DNA of 64,000 bases from positions 5,408,001 through 5,472,000 of the forward strand of contig OZ255842.1 in NCBI GenBank assembly GCA_965277805.1, given 5' to 3'. Source of the stretch: Candidatus Lustribacter sp. GTDB taxonomy: Bacteria > Vulcanimicrobiota > Vulcanimicrobiia > Vulcanimicrobiales > Vulcanimicrobiaceae. A program made the translations under genes and the position numbers. Every line of letters starts with the position of its first letter. The stretch's first letter is position 1. Below are positions 54,323 to 64,000 of this stretch, piece by piece. The notes beneath the pieces are model-generated. The model was not told the DNA's origin. It saw nothing but the letters and a program-made list of their open reading frames with translations, and made no database searches.

Positions 54323-55892
54323 CGCGGTCGAATCCGCGCCGCGGGCGCACGTGCGCACCTGGGATCGCCTCGGCATCATCGCGTGGTCGATCGTCGCGAT
54401 CGTCACCGGAATGCGCGCCGCGGCGGCCTTCAGCGTGCCGATCACGGGCGACGAAGCCTATTACTGGGAGTGGTCGCGCCATCTCGCGCTCGGCTACAGC
54501 GATCATCCGCCCGGCGTTGCCTATACGATCTTCGCGTTCAGCTGGCTCGGGACGAACCCGTTCGCGGTGCGGATCGGCTTCATCGTTTGCGGCGTGATCG
54601 CGACGATCTTCGCCGCCAAGACCGCCACGCGGCTGGCGGGCGGCAATCCGCGCGCGGGCGTCGTCACCGCGCTCGCGATCACGTTGACGCCGTTGACGTC
54701 GGTCGCCTTCGGGTCGGCGTCGCCCGACGGTCCGTATCTGGCGGCGTGGGCCGCGACCTTGTATTGCGCCGTGCGCGCGTTCGGCTCGCACCTGCGGCGC
54801 GACTATATCTGGCTCGGGATTGCGCTCGGCGCCGTGCTGCTGACGCGCGCGCTCGCGGTGGCAATGGTCTTCGGCATCGTGATGTACGCGCTTACGCCGC
54901 GCCGGCGCCAGTACTGGCGCGAAGGTCTCTGGCTCTCGCTGCTCGTGGCGGGCGTGATGTGCGTGCCGTTCCTCGTGTGGAACTCCACTCACGGCTGGGC
55001 GACGATCGCGTTTGCGCTGGTGAGCCGGCACGCGCAGGCCTGGAAGTGGGACCGCCCGCTCGCGCTCTTCGCCGTGCAAACTGCCGCGTACTCGCCGGGC
55101 TTGTGGTTCGGTGCGCTACTGAGCATTTTCTACGTGCGCAACGCTTTCCTCAATTGGACGGCGGTACCGCTGTTCGTGTTGCTCACGCTGGTCGACTTTC
55201 ACGAACCGGTCGAGATCCATTGGGTGTTCGGCGCGTACCTCTCGCTCTGCGTCGCGCTCGGGATCGTATTCGTGCGGCTCGGCGCGCGTGCGCGCGTGAT
55301 CTGGGCCAGCATCGCGGCCGTGCCGGCGCTCATTCTCTTCCCGCTGATCTTCGTAGCCGCAATCGAACCGGGTTTCGTCTACAGCCAGTTCCTCCGCACG
55401 GGTTCGACGTTGCGCAACACCGGCGGCTTCGAAATCTTCACGGTGCCGTCGCTCGCGATCGACGTGCGCAACATCATGGAAGCGAATGACGCGACCGTCG
55501 TCACCGACGGTTACGGACTTTCATCGGCACTGGATTTCTACGGCGGCGTTCCGCCGGTGCTGATCGGCTACAATGCGGAAGGTCAGGAGGCGCTGCGGTG
55601 GTACGACGCCGACGCGCAGCCGCACCGCATCCTGTTCGTCGATAAGGAAGCGTTGTATCCGCGAGCCGGTCACCCCGAAGACAGAGGGCGGCCGGAGTTC
55701 GTGAAACAACTCGGACGGGCATGTACGCGCATCACGGCGGGGCCAACTCTCGGCTATGAGTTTCACGATTCGTCGGGACACACGGTGCCCGCGCGGCTGT
55801 ACTTCACGACGTGGTGCGAAGGACCGCGCCCGCATGCGTTGCGCATCTTGCAGTGGGACCCGCGTTACTCGCCGCCCGCCGGCCAATCGTAG
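54315..55892 (+). CDS. GT-C glycosyltransferase (ArnT/PMT, family 39/83-like)
   Basis: DEAYYWEWSRHLA.GY.DHPP; multiple TM helices; P.L.WN..HGW. Confidence 0.88.
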   Translation: MSSAVESAPRAHVRTWDRLGIIAWSIVAIVTGMRAAAAFSVPITGDEAYYWEWSRHLALGYSDHPPGVAYTIFAFSWLGTNPFAVRIGFIVCGVIATIFAAKTATRLAGGNPRAGVVTALAITLTPLTSVAFGSASPDGPYLAAWAATLYCAVRAFGSHLRRDYIWLGIALGAVLLTRALAVAMVFGIVMYALTPRRRQYWREGLWLSLLVAGVMCVPFLVWNSTHGWATIAFALVSRHAQAWKWDRPLALFAVQTAAYSPGLWFGALLSIFYVRNAFLNWTAVPLFVLLTLVDFHEPVEIHWVFGAYLSLCVALGIVFVRLGARARVIWASIAAVPALILFPLIFVAAIEPGFVYSQFLRTGSTLRNTGGFEIFTVPSLAIDVRNIMEANDATVVTDGYGLSSALDFYGGVPPVLIGYNAEGQEALRWYDADAQPHRILFVDKEALYPRAGHPEDRGRPEFVKQLGRACTRITAGPTLGYEFHDSSGHTVPARLYFTTWCEGPRPHALRILQWDPRYSPPAGQS

Positions 55893-55901
55893 GCTAGGAA
55901 T

Positions 55902-58418
55902 TTGACCGAGCGCTTGCCCTTTGCGTTGCCGGGTGCGCGGCCGCATTACGGCCCCGATCGCACCGTGCGCGTGGAACATCTCGATCTGCACCTGCGGCCG
56001 GACTTGGCGGCGAAGACCCTGTACGGCGAAGTCACGACGCGCGTGCGCGCGATCGAAACGGGCGTGCGAACGCTGCGCTTGGACGCGGTCGACCTCACGA
56101 TCGACGCGGTGCGCGACGTGAACGGCGCGCCGCTCGCATTCACCGCAACGTCAAAAGATCTCACGATCGAACTGCCCTCGGCGCTTGCGGCGGATGAAGT
56201 CTTCTCGTTTGCGGTCGCTTATCGCGCGATCGAGCCGCGCCGCGGCTTATACTTTATCGACCGGCCGCGCCAGGCGTGGACGCAGAGCCAGGATACCGAT
56301 GCGCGCGCGTGGGTGCCGTGCTTCGATCACCCCTCGGAAAAGGCGACGACCGGCACGACGATCGTCGTCGAGCCGGGCCTCTTCGCGCTCGGCAACGGCG
56401 CGCTCGTTTCGCGCACGGAGACGGCGGACGGCGTGACGTTCCGTTACGAGCAGGCGATCCCGCACGCGTCGTATTTGCTCACGATGGTGGCGGGCAAGTT
56501 CAGCGAGATCGAACAGGCGCGCGCGCCGCTGCCGATCGCGTACTACGTGGAACCGGGCCGCGAAGCGGACGGCGAACGCTCGTTCGGCCGCACGCCCGAC
56601 ATGATCGATACCTTCGGATCGACGCTCGGCGTTCCGTATCCGTACGCGCGCTACTCGCAGATCGCCGTGGCCGATTTCATCTTCGGCGGCATGGAGAATA
56701 CCAGCGCCACGACCCAGACCGATCGCACGCTGCACGACGAACGGGCGCACTTGGATTTCTCGAGCGAGCCGCTAGTGGCGCACGAACTCGCGCACCAGTG
56801 GTTCGGCGATCTCGTTACGTGTCGCGACTGGTCGCAGGCGTGGCTCAACGAAGGCTTCGCGACGTATTTCGAAACGGTGTGGATGGAAGCGAGCCGCGGC
56901 TGGGATGAATACCAGCGCGACGTGTTCGAGATCGTCGGCCGCTATCTCGACGAAGACGGCGAACGCTACAGCCGCCCGATCGTCTGCAACGTTTACCGCG
57001 ATCCGATCGAACTGTTCGATCGGCATCTCTACGAAAAGGGCGCAGCCGTGCTGCACATGCTGCGCGGCGAGCTCGGCTGGGATCGCATGAAGCGCGCGCT
57101 GCGCACGTACATCGAGGAGAATGCGACGCGCAGCGTCGAGACGATCGATCTCGTGCGCGCGATCGAGCACAGCACCGGCCGTAACGTACGCGAGTTCTTC
57201 GCCCAATGGATCGATCGGGCCGGTCATCCCGAGCTGGAGATTCGCGCGTCGTGGGATAGCGAACGTGCGGCGCTGACGCTCGAGATCGAACAGAAACAGA
57301 CAATCGGCGAGCATCATCCGCCGTACGTGTTCGATTTGGATATCGGCCTGCTCGCGGCGCAGCCGGACGTCATCGCGCGCGATGCCGGCGACGGCCCGGC
57401 GGCCGGCGAGCAGCGGGTGCGCGTGCACGTCGAACGCGCGCTCGAGTCGTTCGTGATCCCCCTCGCTGCCAAGCCCGCGCTGATCCGCATCGATCCCGGC
57501 GCCTATCTGCTGTGCACGATGACCTATGCGCTCGGAACCGAGTGGAACGCGGCCGTGCTGCGCGGCGATCCGAGTCCGGTCGCGCGGATCCGCGCCGCCC
57601 GCGCGCTCGGAAAAGACGATGCGCGCAGCGCACAGACTGCGCTTGGCGCGGCGCTGCGCGACGAACCGTTCTGGGGCGTTGCGGTCGAAATCGCTGCAGT
57701 GCTCGGCCCCGTGCGTTCCGCGTCCGCGCGCGACGCGCTGCTCGCGGCGCTCGCGCACCCGCATCCGAAAGTCAGGCGCGCGGTTGCCGATGCGCTTGGA
57801 ACCTATCGCGAGGCCGAGGTTGCGACCGCGCTGTTGAACGTGCGTTCGGATGCGTCGTACTTCGTCATTGCCTCCGCGCTGACCGCGCTCGGGAAGACGC
57901 GCGATCCGCGCGCGTTCGATGCGCTCCTCGCTGCGCTTGGAGAGCCGTCGTGGAACGAAACGATCGCGGCCGGCGCCGTGCGCGGGCTAGCCGAGCTCGC
58001 CGATGCGCGCGCGCTCGAACCGCTGGTAGCCGCAACGCGCACCGATCGTCCCGAGCCGCTGCGCCGCGCCGCGGTCGGCGCGCTCGCGCGTTTGGGAACG
58101 CTGGTGGATCCGGTTCGCACCGCGGCGGCCGATGCGCTGGAGCGCGCGCTCGACGATCCGTCCTACCTCGTGCGGCTCTCCACCTATGCGGCGACCGAAA
58201 CGCTAGCCGATGCGCGTCTGCTTCCGGCGCTCGATCGCCTCGCAACGGCGGAAAGCGACGGGCGCTTGCGGCGCGACGCGGCCGAAGCGGCGATGCGCAT
58301 TCGCAGTGCCGCCAAAAAGCCGCCCGAGCTCGTGCGTTTGCGCGAGGAAGTCGATCGTTTGCGCGACGATCTCAACCGGTTGCGCGATCGCGACCAGCCC
58401 GCGACGCTGACGAAGTAG
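55902..58418 (+). CDS. pepN: M1 aminopeptidase N with C-terminal HEAT repeats
   Basis: GGMEN, HELAHQWFGDLVT..W...WLNEGFA, YEKG; HEAT repeats and coiled-coil tail. Confidence 0.93.
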   Translation: MTERLPFALPGARPHYGPDRTVRVEHLDLHLRPDLAAKTLYGEVTTRVRAIETGVRTLRLDAVDLTIDAVRDVNGAPLAFTATSKDLTIELPSALAADEVFSFAVAYRAIEPRRGLYFIDRPRQAWTQSQDTDARAWVPCFDHPSEKATTGTTIVVEPGLFALGNGALVSRTETADGVTFRYEQAIPHASYLLTMVAGKFSEIEQARAPLPIAYYVEPGREADGERSFGRTPDMIDTFGSTLGVPYPYARYSQIAVADFIFGGMENTSATTQTDRTLHDERAHLDFSSEPLVAHELAHQWFGDLVTCRDWSQAWLNEGFATYFETVWMEASRGWDEYQRDVFEIVGRYLDEDGERYSRPIVCNVYRDPIELFDRHLYEKGAAVLHMLRGELGWDRMKRALRTYIEENATRSVETIDLVRAIEHSTGRNVREFFAQWIDRAGHPELEIRASWDSERAALTLEIEQKQTIGEHHPPYVFDLDIGLLAAQPDVIARDAGDGPAAGEQRVRVHVERALESFVIPLAAKPALIRIDPGAYLLCTMTYALGTEWNAAVLRGDPSPVARIRAARALGKDDARSAQTALGAALRDEPFWGVAVEIAAVLGPVRSASARDALLAALAHPHPKVRRAVADALGTYREAEVATALLNVRSDASYFVIASALTALGKTRDPRAFDALLAALGEPSWNETIAAGAVRGLAELADARALEPLVAATRTDRPEPLRRAAVGALARLGTLVDPVRTAAADALERALDDPSYLVRLSTYAATETLADARLLPALDRLATAESDGRLRRDAAEAAMRIRSAAKKPPELVRLREEVDRLRDDLNRLRDRDQPATLTK

Positions 58419-58419
58419 C

Positions 58420-59874
58420 ATGCGGACTGCGCGCGTTCTCATCGCGCTCGTGCTCGCACTCGCCACCGGCTGTGCGCGGCAATCGTCGGCCGCCGTGCCG
58501 CGTCCGGTGCAGTTTGTTGCCGCACCGAAAGCCCCGGCATGGAGCGCGGCTGCGTTGGCCCGCCTGCGGTCGCGACTGGCCGGTCCTCTCGGGCTCTCGG
58601 CGTTGGCGACGAGCGGCATCGCCATTCTCGATGCGCAAGGCCGCCCGCTGTTTCTGCGGCGCGAACGCACGGCCGCGATACCGGCATCGACGTTCAAATT
58701 GCTCGTTGCCGTCACCGCGCTGCTCACGCTCGGGCCCGACTACCGTTTCGAAACGAAACTCGAGGCGCTGGACGAACCGCACAGCGGCACGCTCGACGGC
58801 GACCTCTATCTCGTGGGCAGCGGCGATCCGTCGCTGACGTCGGATACGCTGCGCGGCGGCGTCGGGGTACTCGCCCGCGCCGGTCTCACCGACATCACCG
58901 GCGGCATCGTGGCCGACGCATCGCTCTTCGGCGGTCGCGAGATCAACCCGGCGTGGGATCCCGACGACCTGCAGTACGACTACGCGGCCGGCACGAGCGC
59001 GCTCTCGCTCGATGAGGGAACGGTCGAATTTCATCTCGTGCCGACGACCTCCGGCGCGCCCGCGCGCATCGAAGTCCGGCCGCCGAGCGACGCGGTGCAA
59101 GTTCGCGGCGGCGTGCTGACGGGCTATTCGAGTTCGCTTTCGATCGATCGCGCGCCCGACCGCAACGCCTTCACCTTTGACGGCAGTATCGCCGTGAACG
59201 CCGAGCAGTCGTTCTATCGCCCGGTGATCGATCAGCCGCATTACGTCGCCGGCGTCGCGCGCTCGATGTTGCGCGCGCGCAACATCACGGTCGAGGGCGG
59301 CTCGCACACTGGCGTCGCGCCGTCCGTCGCAACGGTCTTGTGGAAGCACGAGTCGGCGCCGCTGAAGACGCTGCTCAACCATATGCTCTTTGAATCGGAC
59401 AACCACTACGCCGAGCAGCTTTTGCGGGCCGTCGGTGCGCACGGCGGAACGGTCGGCACCGAGCACTCCGGGGCCATCGTCGAACGTGCGGTGTTCCAGC
59501 AGCTGGGTGCTCCGACCGAGGGCCTGCGGGTGGTGGACGGGAGCGGCCTCGCGCCGACGGACCGCGTCGCGCCGATCGATCTGGCGACGCTGCTCGCGCG
59601 TGCCACGCTCGTCGCGCCGGGTGAGGTCCTCTTCACCGATCTCCCCCGGGTGGGAATCGAGGGGACGGTCCGGCGGCACGACGTAACGACCGCGCTCGGC
59701 CGCGCGCGGGCCAAGAGCGGGCATATTAACGATGTCGACGCGCTCGCCGGGTACGTCGACACGCGCCACCACGGTCGCGTGGCTTTCGCCATCCTGGTCA
59801 ACGACCCGCGAGCCGACGACGACGGGGTCTACGACGGCATGGACGCCACATTGGACATCCTGGCGGGTTCGTAA
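58420..59874 (+). CDS. dacB: D-Ala-D-Ala carboxypeptidase/endopeptidase (PBP4, S13), lipoprotein
   Basis: PASTFK, GSGDP, SDN, DGSGL, AKSG; lipobox ATGC. Confidence 0.93.
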   Translation: MRTARVLIALVLALATGCARQSSAAVPRPVQFVAAPKAPAWSAAALARLRSRLAGPLGLSALATSGIAILDAQGRPLFLRRERTAAIPASTFKLLVAVTALLTLGPDYRFETKLEALDEPHSGTLDGDLYLVGSGDPSLTSDTLRGGVGVLARAGLTDITGGIVADASLFGGREINPAWDPDDLQYDYAAGTSALSLDEGTVEFHLVPTTSGAPARIEVRPPSDAVQVRGGVLTGYSSSLSIDRAPDRNAFTFDGSIAVNAEQSFYRPVIDQPHYVAGVARSMLRARNITVEGGSHTGVAPSVATVLWKHESAPLKTLLNHMLFESDNHYAEQLLRAVGAHGGTVGTEHSGAIVERAVFQQLGAPTEGLRVVDGSGLAPTDRVAPIDLATLLARATLVAPGEVLFTDLPRVGIEGTVRRHDVTTALGRARAKSGHINDVDALAGYVDTRHHGRVAFAILVNDPRADDDGVYDGMDATLDILAGS

Positions 59875-59924
59875 TCGGCCGAATCCAAAGAGGGCGGCCC
59901 CGTAGGGATCGGAAAACGGGTCTC

Positions 59925-61370
59925 ATGGAAGCACCGGCAGTCGGGACCTCGCTGATCATCCGCGTCGAAACCCGGAATTCTCCCAACGCGTTCGCGAACT
60001 TGGCCGCGGCCATCGGGGAAGCGGGCGGCGCCGTGAACGCCGTCGACACGCACACGGTCGGACGCACGACGACCGTGCGCGACGTAACGATCTCCATCGC
60101 GAGCGACGAGGTGGGCCTCGCGGTGCAAGCCGCGATCAAGGCGCAAGAGGGCGCGCGCCTGATCAGCGTCTCCGATTCGATCTTCCTGGCCCACCTCGGC
60201 GGCAAGATTCACATGGAACCGAACATTCCGGTTCGCACGCGTGCCGATCTCGCTATCGTCTATACGCCGGGCGTCGCCCGCGTGTCGATGGCGGTGGCCG
60301 AAGATCCCGCCAAAGCTTTTCAGCTCACGATCAAGCGCAACACGGTCGCGGTCATCTCCGACGGCACGGCAGTCCTCGGTCTCGGCGACATCGGACCGCT
60401 CGGGGCGTTGCCGGTGATGGAGGGCAAGTGCATGCTCTTCAAACAGTTCGGCGGCGTCGACGCGTTTCCGATTACGCTCGACACGAAGGACGTCGATGAA
60501 ATCGTTGAGACGTGCATTCGCATTGCGCCGGTGTTCGGCGGTTACAGCCTCGAGGATATTTCCTCACCGCGCTGCTTCGAAGTCGAAGAGCGATTGATTG
60601 AAGCGCTGGATATTCCGGTGATGCACGACGATCAGCACGGCACGGCGGTCGTGATCTTGGCCGCGATCATCAACGCCGCCGCGGTCGTCGGCAAACGTCT
60701 CGAAGAGATGACGATCGTGCTCAACGGCAGCGGTGCCGCCGGCACCGCAACGATCAAGCTGCTGCTGCTGGCGGGCGTGGGCGACGTGATCGCGGTCGAT
60801 CGCGACGGCGCGATCTCCGGCGACCAGCAATACGGCGCGCCGCACTGGACGTGGCTGGCGAAAAATACCAACAATCACCGTAAGCGCGGTTTGCTGCGCG
60901 ACGTGCTCAAGGGCGCCGATGCGTTCATCGGCCTCAGCGCTCCCAACATCCTCAACAGCGAAGATATCAAGAACATGGCGCGCGATCCGATCGTGTTCGC
61001 GATGGCCAACCCGAGCCCGGAGATCATGCCCGAGGCCGCCGCGCCGTACGTAGCCGTGATGGGCACCGGCCGCAGCGATTTCCCCAACCAGGTGAACAAC
61101 GTGCTGGCGTTCCCCGGCATCTTCCGCGGTGCGCTCGACGTGCGCGCGCGCAAGATCAGCGACGGGATGAAGCTCGCGGCCGCGCGGGCCATCGCCGACA
61201 TCGTCGGTGCCGAGCGCAATGCCGAGTACGTGATCCCGAGCGTGTTCGACCCGCGCGTCGCCGACGGCGTCGCCGAAGCGGTTGAGAAGGCCGCCATCGA
61301 GGAAGGCCTGGCGCGGCGCACGCTGCTGGCCGCCGATGACGACAACGCCGCGACGTCGATGGTTCGCTGA
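59925..61370 (+). CDS. NAD(P)-dependent malic enzyme with N-terminal ACT domain
   Basis: YTPGVA, DGTAVLGLGDIG, PVMEGK, LEDI..P.CF, HDDQHGT, GRSDFPNQVNN. Confidence 0.95.
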   Translation: MEAPAVGTSLIIRVETRNSPNAFANLAAAIGEAGGAVNAVDTHTVGRTTTVRDVTISIASDEVGLAVQAAIKAQEGARLISVSDSIFLAHLGGKIHMEPNIPVRTRADLAIVYTPGVARVSMAVAEDPAKAFQLTIKRNTVAVISDGTAVLGLGDIGPLGALPVMEGKCMLFKQFGGVDAFPITLDTKDVDEIVETCIRIAPVFGGYSLEDISSPRCFEVEERLIEALDIPVMHDDQHGTAVVILAAIINAAAVVGKRLEEMTIVLNGSGAAGTATIKLLLLAGVGDVIAVDRDGAISGDQQYGAPHWTWLAKNTNNHRKRGLLRDVLKGADAFIGLSAPNILNSEDIKNMARDPIVFAMANPSPEIMPEAAAPYVAVMGTGRSDFPNQVNNVLAFPGIFRGALDVRARKISDGMKLAAARAIADIVGAERNAEYVIPSVFDPRVADGVAEAVEKAAIEEGLARRTLLAADDDNAATSMVR

Positions 61371-62056
61371 TGAGTGAAAAGGTTCTCATCATTGAGGACG
61401 ATCCGGAGATCGCATTTTTTGAACGCACGATTCTGGAGCGGGCCGGCTACGAGGTGAAGGTCGCAACGACCGGCGCCGCCGGGCTCGAGGCGGAGCCCGC
61501 ATTCAAGCCGGCCGTGATCTTGCTCGACGTCGAATTGCCGGATATCAGCGGCCTCGACGTGTGCACCTCGCTCGCGAACTCGAGCGATGCATTCATCTTG
61601 ATGGTGAGCGCGCACTCAACCGAAAACGACGTGCTCAAAGGCCTCGGTCTCGGAGCGGACGACTACGTGCGCAAGCCGTTCTCGGGCAACGAACTCGTGG
61701 CGCGCGTGCAATCGTTTCTGCGGCGCCGCGAACGTTCGCGCCGCAGCGACGGTGACGGGCGTTTGCAAGCCGGCACGACCGAACTCGTGCGCGACTTTCA
61801 CACGCTCGAGAACGCCGGCAAGAACGTCAGCCTCACGGCGCTCGAGTTTCGTCTGTTGTGGTATCTTGCGGAGAACACCGGCAAGCTGTTGACGCGTGCG
61901 CAGATTCTCGAACGCGTGTGGAACGACGTCTCCGGCGTTCCGACGCGGGTCGTCGATGTGCACGTTGCAGCCTTACGTAAGAAGTTGAACGAAGTCGAGG
62001 CACAGCTGCAGATTTCCAGCGTGCGCGGCATCGGTTATCGTCTCGACGAACGATAG
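61370..62056 (+). CDS. OmpR/PhoB family response regulator (no adjacent kinase)
   Basis: IIEDD, LLDV.LP, GADDY.RKPF, LT.LEF.LL, R.VDVHV..LR.K, VRGIGY. Confidence 0.95.
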   Translation: MSEKVLIIEDDPEIAFFERTILERAGYEVKVATTGAAGLEAEPAFKPAVILLDVELPDISGLDVCTSLANSSDAFILMVSAHSTENDVLKGLGLGADDYVRKPFSGNELVARVQSFLRRRERSRRSDGDGRLQAGTTELVRDFHTLENAGKNVSLTALEFRLLWYLAENTGKLLTRAQILERVWNDVSGVPTRVVDVHVAALRKKLNEVEAQLQISSVRGIGYRLDER

Positions 62057-62098
62057 GAGCAAGCGGGACCACTCACCGGCACGCGAATCCCAAGGCAC

Positions 62099-64000
62099 GT
62101 GAAGTCTTTCGTTCTGCGTATCGCGTGCATGGCGCTCTCGCTTGTGGTGTTGCCGCTCGGCGTTCGTTCGGCGACCGTGAGTTACGCGCCGCCGGCGGGC
62201 AGCTTACCGGCCGGACGCTATCACGGGTTGCCGTATAGCGCGGTTCTGCCCTCGGGACGGCTGGTAACGCCGGCCGGGACCAGCATCGTCACCGGCATGA
62301 ACAGCCTCGGCCTCGTTCTCTCGCCCGACGGACGATACGCGATCACGAGCAACGACGACGAAAGTCAGGGCGGCGTGCGCAGCGCGCTCGATCCCGATGC
62401 GAGCGGCGGCTATTCGCTGACCGTGATCGATACGACGCGAATGGTTGCGGTGATGCATTACCGCGCGCCGGAGGAGACGTTCTACAGCGGTCTCGCCGCC
62501 GTGCGCGATGCGAGCAATCCCGGGCAGACACTGGTGTTTGCCGCCGGCGGCGCGTCGAATGCCGTCTACGTGTTCGATCTCGATGCGGCCGGACGACTCG
62601 TGCCGGACGCGCATCATACGATCGCCGTTGCCGGACCTACCGATGCGGCGTTCGCGGATCGCGGTATCAGTTTTCCCTCCGCGCTGCTGGCATCGGCCGA
62701 CGGCCGGCGCATCTACGTGGTTTCGGCCGCCGGGCAGTCGGTCGCGGCGATCGACGTTGCGTCGCGGCGCTTGTTAGCGGCGCCGCAGCGGGTCGGATTT
62801 TCGCCGAGCAGCGTTGCCGTTGCCGCAGCGCGGTTGCTGGTCACGAACGAAGGGCTGATGCGTTACGGCCGCTTAGCGCAGCCAGCGACGAGTCCGGCCT
62901 TCGACGTTCCGCCGGCGGATGCGTCCGATGCATCATCGCTTTCGGCAATCGCGCTCGATGCGGGCGGCGGCATCGCCGGACCCGCCGGTGCATTGCCGAT
63001 GGATACGCCGCTCGATGGGTTGCGGCTGGTTGGCGGAGCGCATCCGACCGCGATCGTCACGACCGCCGATGCGAACTACGCGTTCGTTGCGATGACCAAC
63101 GTCGACCGCATCGCCACCGTCGCGCTCGGAGCGACGCCGCACGTGGCAGGCGGCACCGAACTGCGCTTGTTCGATCGTGGTCCGTACGGCACGCAGCCGA
63201 CGGCGCTCGCGCTCAGTCGCGATGCGTCGCGTTTGTACGTCGCGTTGACCGGACTCGATGCGATCGCGGTGATCGATGCGCGCGATCCGCTGCACTTGCA
63301 CCGCCTCGGTTTGATTCCCACCGGCTGGGCGCCGAGTGCGCTCGCACTGAGCGCCGACGATCGCACGCTCTACGTCGCGAATCAAAACGGCTTCGGCTAC
63401 GACGCAAACTTCACCGGTAATCCGGATACGGGCGCGGATGCGCGCGCGATCTGGTCGACGCTCGAGCGCATCGACTTGGCGGAAGTGAAGCTGGCGGATA
63501 CGACGCGCGCGGCGCTAGGCGCGGCGCGGAACGTCGTGGCGATGCCGGTGCCGCTGCCGTCCGTCATCCACAATGTCGTGCTGGTGGTCGAGGGCGACAA
63601 GAATTACGATGAGGTGCTGGGCGATCTCGGCGTCGGCCCGGGCGCACCAAGCTTTTCGCTTTACGGTGCTGCCGACACGCCGAACTTGCACGCGCTTGCG
63701 CGACGCTTCGGTCTCGCGGGCAACTTCTTCGCCGAACCCGGCGGCGATGCGCAGGAAGCCGTTGCGGGCGGCATTGCAAGCGCATTCACCGCGCGCACGA
63801 ATCCGGTGCAGGTCGCGCGGCGTCCGCTCGGTTTCGTCAACCAAGACCCCGAAGATATGCTGCGCTTGGGAACGGTGTTTCACGAACTGGCGCGGCACAA
63901 TCTCAGCTTCCGCGATTACGGCGGTTTTCTCGACGTTTCCGGCTCGACGCCGGCAGGCTACACGCAGAACGTTCCGGCGCCGGCCATTCTCGCCGATCAT
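62099..64000 (+). CDS. Secreted YncE/YVTN beta-propeller plus phosphoesterase-like protein (3' truncated; absent from the ORF track)
   Basis: GTG 62099 MKSFVLRIACMALSLVVLPLG...LPSGRLVTPAG...LSPDG...IPTGWAP...IHNVVLVVEGDKNYDEVLGD...TPNLHALARRF; same frame at both ends. Confidence 0.85.
   Translation, partial: MKSFVLRIACMALSLVVLPLGVRSATVSYAPPAGSLPAGRYHGLPYSAVLPSGRLVTPAGTSIVTGMNSLGLVLSPDGRYAITSNDDESQGGVRSALDPDASGGYSLTVIDTTRMVAVMHYRAPEETFYSGLAAVRDASNPGQTLVFAAGGASNAVYVFDLDAAGRLVPDAHHTIAVAGPTDAAFADRGISFPSALLASADGRRIYVVSAAGQSVAAIDVASRRLLAAPQRVGFSPSSVAVAAARLLVTNEGLMRYGRLAQPATSPAFDVPPADASDASSLSAIALDAGGGIAGPAGALPMDTPLDGLRLVGGAHPTAIVTTADANYAFVAMTNVDRIATVALGATPHVAGGTELRLFDRGPYGTQPTALALSRDASRLYVALTGLDAIAVIDARDPLHLHRLGLIPTGWAPSALALSADDRTLYVANQNGFGYDANFTGNPDTGADARAIWSTLERIDLAEVKLADTTRAALGAARNVVAMPVPLPSVIHNVVLVVEGDKNYDEVLGDLGVGPGAPSFSLYGAADTPNLHALARRFGLAGNFFAEPGGDAQEAVAGGIASAFTARTNPVQVARRPLGFVNQDPEDMLRLGTVFHELARHNLSFRDYGGFLDVSGSTPAGYTQNVPAPAILADH

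Overview
High-GC, gene-dense bacterial chromosomal segment with about 65 CDS and one tRNA-Leu(GAG). I found no CRISPR array, integrase, transposase or phage module. The gene mix (Firmicutes-style SigA, YkuU/YkuV-like peroxiredoxin pair, copper-amine-oxidase N-terminal 'stalk' proteins, partner-switching regulators, an OMP-like protein) suggests a Terrabacteria lineage such as Eremiobacterota; this is inference only. 1-19 kb is an accessory catabolic region: two Rieske dioxygenase pairs, an extradiol dioxygenase, an LLM monooxygenase, an amidase, PrpD, TauD, a fluoroacetate-type dehalogenase, orphan solute-binding proteins and a nested REP-like hairpin. 19-30 kb holds signalling genes and dnaG-rpoD. 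30-36 kb is a MocR regulator divergent from an operon of an SdhA-like flavoprotein, a truncated 2Fe-2S subunit and UbiD. 36-44 kb is a metal/oxidative-stress neighbourhood: an SCO fusion, a membrane protein with PmoC-like metal motifs, MntP, a PerR-like regulator and a peroxiredoxin. 44-64 kb holds the tRNA, secreted proteins, an RND pump, PepN, DacB, malic enzyme and a partial beta-propeller/phosphoesterase. Best novelty candidates: (1) a stand-alone PmoC-like putative copper membrane protein paired head-to-head with an SCO fusion; (2) the flavoprotein/mini-FeS/UbiD module; (3) a solute-binding protein coupled to a CHR heterodimer with no ABC components. All product calls come from motif recognition by eye; no searches were run.
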